Shown in pieces: positions 60,610 through 64,000 of a stretch of 64,000 nt of DNA. The stretch's first letter is position 1, and every line of letters starts with the position of its first letter. The position numbers were made by a program, and so were the translations under genes. Under the pieces are notes generated by a model. The model was given only the letters and a program-made list of their open reading frames with translations, was not told where the DNA came from and did no database searches. This DNA is from Candidatus Haiyanarchaeum thermophilum (GTDB taxonomy: Archaea > Nanobdellota > Nanobdellia > JAPDLS01 > Haiyanarchaeaceae), in NCBI GenBank assembly GCA_025920425.1, contig JAPDLS010000001.1:92288-156287 (forward strand), read 5' to 3'.

Positions 60610-61524
60610 TTAAATCTTTATTCGCTTGAAGAGAGATGCTACTAAGATGGGAAGATTAATAGTAGCATCCCCGTAAACTACAGCCTGCTTCGCCCCCTCT
60701 TTTACCTTTCCCCAAGAAATTCCCTCCCTAGAGTGAGCTCCACTCAGGCTACCATCCCATTCAACCGCTGTACTAAGATATACCACATAGTCTAATCCTC
60801 CCTTAAACTGATTCCACCAGATCACATGATGTTTGGAAATTCCTCCCCCTATTACGAGGGCTCCGCTAAGCTTAGCTTTCCATACCAGCTCACTAAGCAG
60901 ATCTTCGTCCTTAAATTGATCTATTCTAAGTTTCTTCCCAAATTCCCAGATATGGTATCCTACAGCCCCATCTGTAAGACCAGGGATTATCATAGGTATC
61001 CTATTCCTGAAACACCAGTAAAGGATCGAGTCCTCATTTCCTATAAACTCTCCTAGTTTCCAGCAGAGCTCATAGGTGCTAAGCTCCTTATCAACCGTTA
61101 ATCCTTTGATGAACTCTCTCATCTTTTCCTCAATAATTATTCCATAGCTCTCATTTGGAATGAAGACGTTTCCCAATCTGCAAATTCCCTTCCTCCTCAA
61201 TTCAGAGTCATCAGTAAAAAAGCTCCCGTGAAAATACTCCTTGAAACTTCTAGCTAGATCATGATCAAGAGTACCACATGTGGTAATTATCACATCGAAC
61301 AATTTTCTCCTCACGAGTTCTCTTATTATTCCCCTACACCCAGTAGCTATTATGCATGCTGGAAAAGATAGAAATTTCAAGCAATCCTTTTGCTTTATCA
61401 TCTCTTCCAAAATATCTACAGCTTCTCCAAGTTCCTTTGCCATAAATCCTCCGGAAGCCTTCAGCTCCCTCAATAACTCGTCCACATCATGTTTTATCTC
61501 AATATCCTTCACTGGAATTTGCAT
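60610..61524 (-). CDS. dys: deoxyhypusine synthase
   Basis: Conserved blocks DVIITTCG, IPGLTDGAVG, GGGISKHH and DGSLSGA. Confidence 0.8.
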   Translation of the reverse strand: MQIPVKDIEIKHDVDELLRELKASGGFMAKELGEAVDILEEMIKQKDCLKFLSFPACIIATGCRGIIRELVRRKLFDVIITTCGTLDHDLARSFKEYFHGSFFTDDSELRRKGICRLGNVFIPNESYGIIIEEKMREFIKGLTVDKELSTYELCWKLGEFIGNEDSILYWCFRNRIPMIIPGLTDGAVGYHIWEFGKKLRIDQFKDEDLLSELVWKAKLSGALVIGGGISKHHVIWWNQFKGGLDYVVYLSTAVEWDGSLSGAHSREGISWGKVKEGAKQAVVYGDATINLPILVASLFKRIKI

Positions 61525-61570
61525 AGAATCCCAAAACCCTTCTAGATTTAAAAAGCTTGAGATAGATATC

Positions 61571-61578
61571 TTTATTTA
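61571..61578 (+). promoter_or_regulatory. putative TATA box (TTTATTTA) about 27 nt upstream of tRNA-Ser(GCU)
   Basis: AT-rich box at canonical spacing from the tRNA 5' end. Confidence 0.35.
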
Positions 61579-61601
61579 GAGGAGATTTCTCTGAGTTTTT
61601 A

Positions 61602-61683
61602 GCCGGGGTACCCAAGCGGTTAAGGGGCACGCCTGCTAAGCGTGTGGGCTTTGCCCTCCTGGGTTCGAATCCCAGCCCCGGCG
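61602..61683 (+). tRNA. tRNA-Ser (anticodon GCU), 82 nt
   Basis: Same body as the other two tRNA-Ser genes; anticodon loop CTGCTAA; differs only at positions 35-37. Confidence 0.85.
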
Positions 61684-61754
61684 TCTGGTAACAATTAAAA
61701 AATTTCTAAGAAATGTGAATAATCTTTAAATCCATGTAATTTACCATACTGATC

Positions 61755-62216
61755 ATGATAAGGGAAGCTAGGAAAGAAGATGTAAATTCTATTCTTCAGA
61801 TAATAAATGAAAGTAATCGTAAAAGTTTCAGTCAAGTGATTCCTAAAGAATACTTCAGGCAGCCTATCCTAACACTGGAGGATTTACTTCAAGATTTTGA
61901 AAAAATGAAGTTTTTAGTCTACGAAGAAAATGGTCTTCCAATAGGTGTAGCAGGTTTCTATGTGAAGCCAGAAGAGGGTGTATGTCGAATAAGATGGTTC
62001 TCTGTGCATCCAGAATATCAAGGGAGAGGAATTGGGAGTAAAATGATGGAATTCTTACAAAATGAAGCAAAAAAGCTTGGATTGAGGAAGATGAGAGTGG
62101 TAACTTTAAGAGAAGCATATTGGGCTGTAAATTTTTATTCAAAATGTGGATATAGGGAAGTGGAGAGAATTCCTAGGCCATGGGGAACTGACGTAGTTTT
62201 GGAGAAAGAACTATGA
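61755..62216 (+). CDS. GNAT-family N-acetyltransferase
   Basis: Acetyl-CoA binding motif QGRGIGSKMM, 153 aa. Confidence 0.7.
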   Translation: MIREARKEDVNSILQIINESNRKSFSQVIPKEYFRQPILTLEDLLQDFEKMKFLVYEENGLPIGVAGFYVKPEEGVCRIRWFSVHPEYQGRGIGSKMMEFLQNEAKKLGLRKMRVVTLREAYWAVNFYSKCGYREVERIPRPWGTDVVLEKEL

Positions 62217-62296
62217 AAAAAAACCAAGCTTTTCGAAAAGATTTCGGGAAATTAACTAGAAAACTTTTTATAGAGAAAGAAAATAGAAACCACTAG

Positions 62297-63130
62297 ATGG
62301 TAACCAAAAAAGTTTGGGCTAAAGAACCTAGACCCGATTTTTGTTTGGTACGGGTGCCTTCTTACCTAGGTAAGAAATATTCAATGGTTTTATTTGGGAA
62401 ATGTAATTTTCGGTGTAAATTTTGCTTCGAGAAAGGAGATAAAGCTGACGAGAAAGGAGTACTCCCGGATGCAAGATTAATGGATTTCAGTGAGCTGGAG
62501 GAATTCGTAAGAAGAGAAGCCAGCGCTGGGAAGCCAATAAAAATAACAGGGGGGGAACCTTCACTCTATCCTGATGAAACTATTCAGTTAATTAAAATAG
62601 CTAAATCCCAGAACGTATTCACACAGGTAGATGTAAACGGTTCTCTTCCTGATGTGTGTGAGGAGTTAGCAAAATATGTGGATTCTATTGGGTTAGATAT
62701 AAAAGGTAATGAAAAAAACATAGAGTACTTGACAGGGGTCAATAAGAAGATAAGTCTTGACGCCCCACTCGAGACACTTCATCGAGCAGAAAAATTTCCA
62801 TGTTTCGTAGAGTTTAAGACAGTAATGTTTGATTTTACAGACATTGATCATTTAGAATGGTTGTATAGTCATTTACCTAAAAAGGCTTTTTGGGAGCTTA
62901 AGCAGTATAGGCCCCATGAGGGAGTAGAAAGAACTCCAAAACAAATAGATCTGAGGCCTGCAAGCAAAGAACAGATATTACATCTAATGGATGAAATGTG
63001 TAGAAGACATCCTGATTTAGAAGACAGAATGGTAGCAATAATAGGGTCAGCCAAAGATTATAGAAACTATTACTGCCCAGGTGGGAAGAACCTACTTGAG
63101 AAATTTTTGGGTGTTGGAAATATCCAATGA
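62297..63130 (+). CDS. radical SAM protein (activating-enzyme-like, COG1180-type)
   Basis: CNFRCKFC cluster near the N-terminus and ITGGEPSLYP SAM-binding block. Confidence 0.6.
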   Translation: MVTKKVWAKEPRPDFCLVRVPSYLGKKYSMVLFGKCNFRCKFCFEKGDKADEKGVLPDARLMDFSELEEFVRREASAGKPIKITGGEPSLYPDETIQLIKIAKSQNVFTQVDVNGSLPDVCEELAKYVDSIGLDIKGNEKNIEYLTGVNKKISLDAPLETLHRAEKFPCFVEFKTVMFDFTDIDHLEWLYSHLPKKAFWELKQYRPHEGVERTPKQIDLRPASKEQILHLMDEMCRRHPDLEDRMVAIIGSAKDYRNYYCPGGKNLLEKFLGVGNIQ

Positions 63131-63936
63131 AAGTAAATCCCATAGCGGATACGGATTTCATAATTTTCTTTAAAACAACTCAGGAGGAAAAAGTGAAAAA
63201 AATAGAAAGTGTTTTAGAAAAGTTTAATTTACTCGATCAGTTCAATAACAAGAGAGTTTTTATCAAACCCAATCTTGTCTCAATGGAACCGTTCCCAACC
63301 ACTACAGATCCAAGAGTTCTCGACCTCCTTTTAAATAAGCTAAAAAAAATTTGTAAAGAAATCCTAGTTGGGGATCTTCCAGCTCAGAGGGGTATAAAAA
63401 TTGAGGAACATCCTCTAGTGAAGGTAACTCGCCAGCACGAGGTTAAATTTACAAACTTTTTAGATACGGAACTATCTCAAATTACAATCGATGGGGAGAG
63501 TGTGAAAATTTACACATTGGCTACAACCTTTGATAGAATAATTTCACTGCCAGTACTTAAAGAACATAAAGTTTGTAGGATGACTTTTTCTCTAAAGAAT
63601 AATGTTGGCTTCGTGGAGAGGGATTATAGGAATTTGCTTCACAAAAATGTAAGCCTCCTGAATAGGACGATAGCTGTGCTTTCTACTTTCTTTAAGCCTT
63701 CGTTGGTAATTGGAGATGCTTCTAAGATTATGGTAGAAGCTCAAGAGGTAAGATGGGGTGGAAGGGAAAGGGAGCTTGGCTTTTTCTTCATCAGCAATAA
63801 TCCCGTAGAGCTAGATATCTTCGCATCTCAATTTTTAAATTTATCCTACCAAGACGTACCTTATCTAATTGAGAGTATAAAAATTTGGGGGAGAAAGGAG
63901 TGTGTAATAAAAGATGTCACAGAGGATTTCCACTAA
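63127..63936 (+). CDS. DUF362-like domain protein
   Basis: N-terminal block RVFIKPNLVS...TTDPRVL resembles the DUF362 family; start overlaps the radical SAM gene by 4 nt. Confidence 0.45.
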   Translation: MKVNPIADTDFIIFFKTTQEEKVKKIESVLEKFNLLDQFNNKRVFIKPNLVSMEPFPTTTDPRVLDLLLNKLKKICKEILVGDLPAQRGIKIEEHPLVKVTRQHEVKFTNFLDTELSQITIDGESVKIYTLATTFDRIISLPVLKEHKVCRMTFSLKNNVGFVERDYRNLLHKNVSLLNRTIAVLSTFFKPSLVIGDASKIMVEAQEVRWGGRERELGFFFISNNPVELDIFASQFLNLSYQDVPYLIESIKIWGRKECVIKDVTEDFH

Positions 63937-64000
63937 ATGGGAAGAAAGATTGAGGAGAGTGAAGGAGTTGTGGGAGAGTGGTTTTTATGAAAAGATGGAT

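Noticed and set aside
1-64000. CRISPR arrays, rRNA genes or large repeats
   Set aside because: No regularly spaced direct repeats or rRNA-like sequence were seen; the only repeated sequence is the shared body of the three tRNA-Ser genes.

Overview
Archaeal chromosomal window, gene-dense and AT-rich, assigned entirely by reading the ORF translations and folding RNA genes by hand (no database search was run). The core is the conserved informational super-locus on the minus strand: cbf5-L14e-cmk-secY, then the spc/S10-type ribosomal protein operons (L15 through L3, with SUI1 and RNase P protein Rpp29 embedded), and further on S10, EF-1alpha, EF-2, S7, S12, NusA, L30e, RpoA''/RpoA'/split RpoB'/RpoB''/RpoH. 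Eight tRNA genes are present; four carry introns (Lys with two, Tyr, Ala, Ile) and three tRNA-Ser isoacceptors share an identical 82-nt body. The main finding is that the EF-2 gene is interrupted inside its P-loop by a 30-nt insertion with an in-frame TAA that folds as a canonical bulge-helix-bulge splice motif; removing it at the predicted cut sites restores a conserved EF-2 N-terminus. RtcB ligase and archease lie next to the ribosomal cluster. Accessory content includes a eukaryote-type (GT3) glycogen synthase with a debranching-enzyme homolog and PfkB kinase, a bacterial-type Ku plus small ATP-dependent ligase pair, H+-pyrophosphatase, a P-type ATPase, a secreted glycoprotein with cell-wall-binding-like repeats, and a radical SAM/DUF362 pair. 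No CRISPR array, rRNA gene or integrase was found. Coordinates of CDS starts are approximate where overlaps or alternative start codons are involved.
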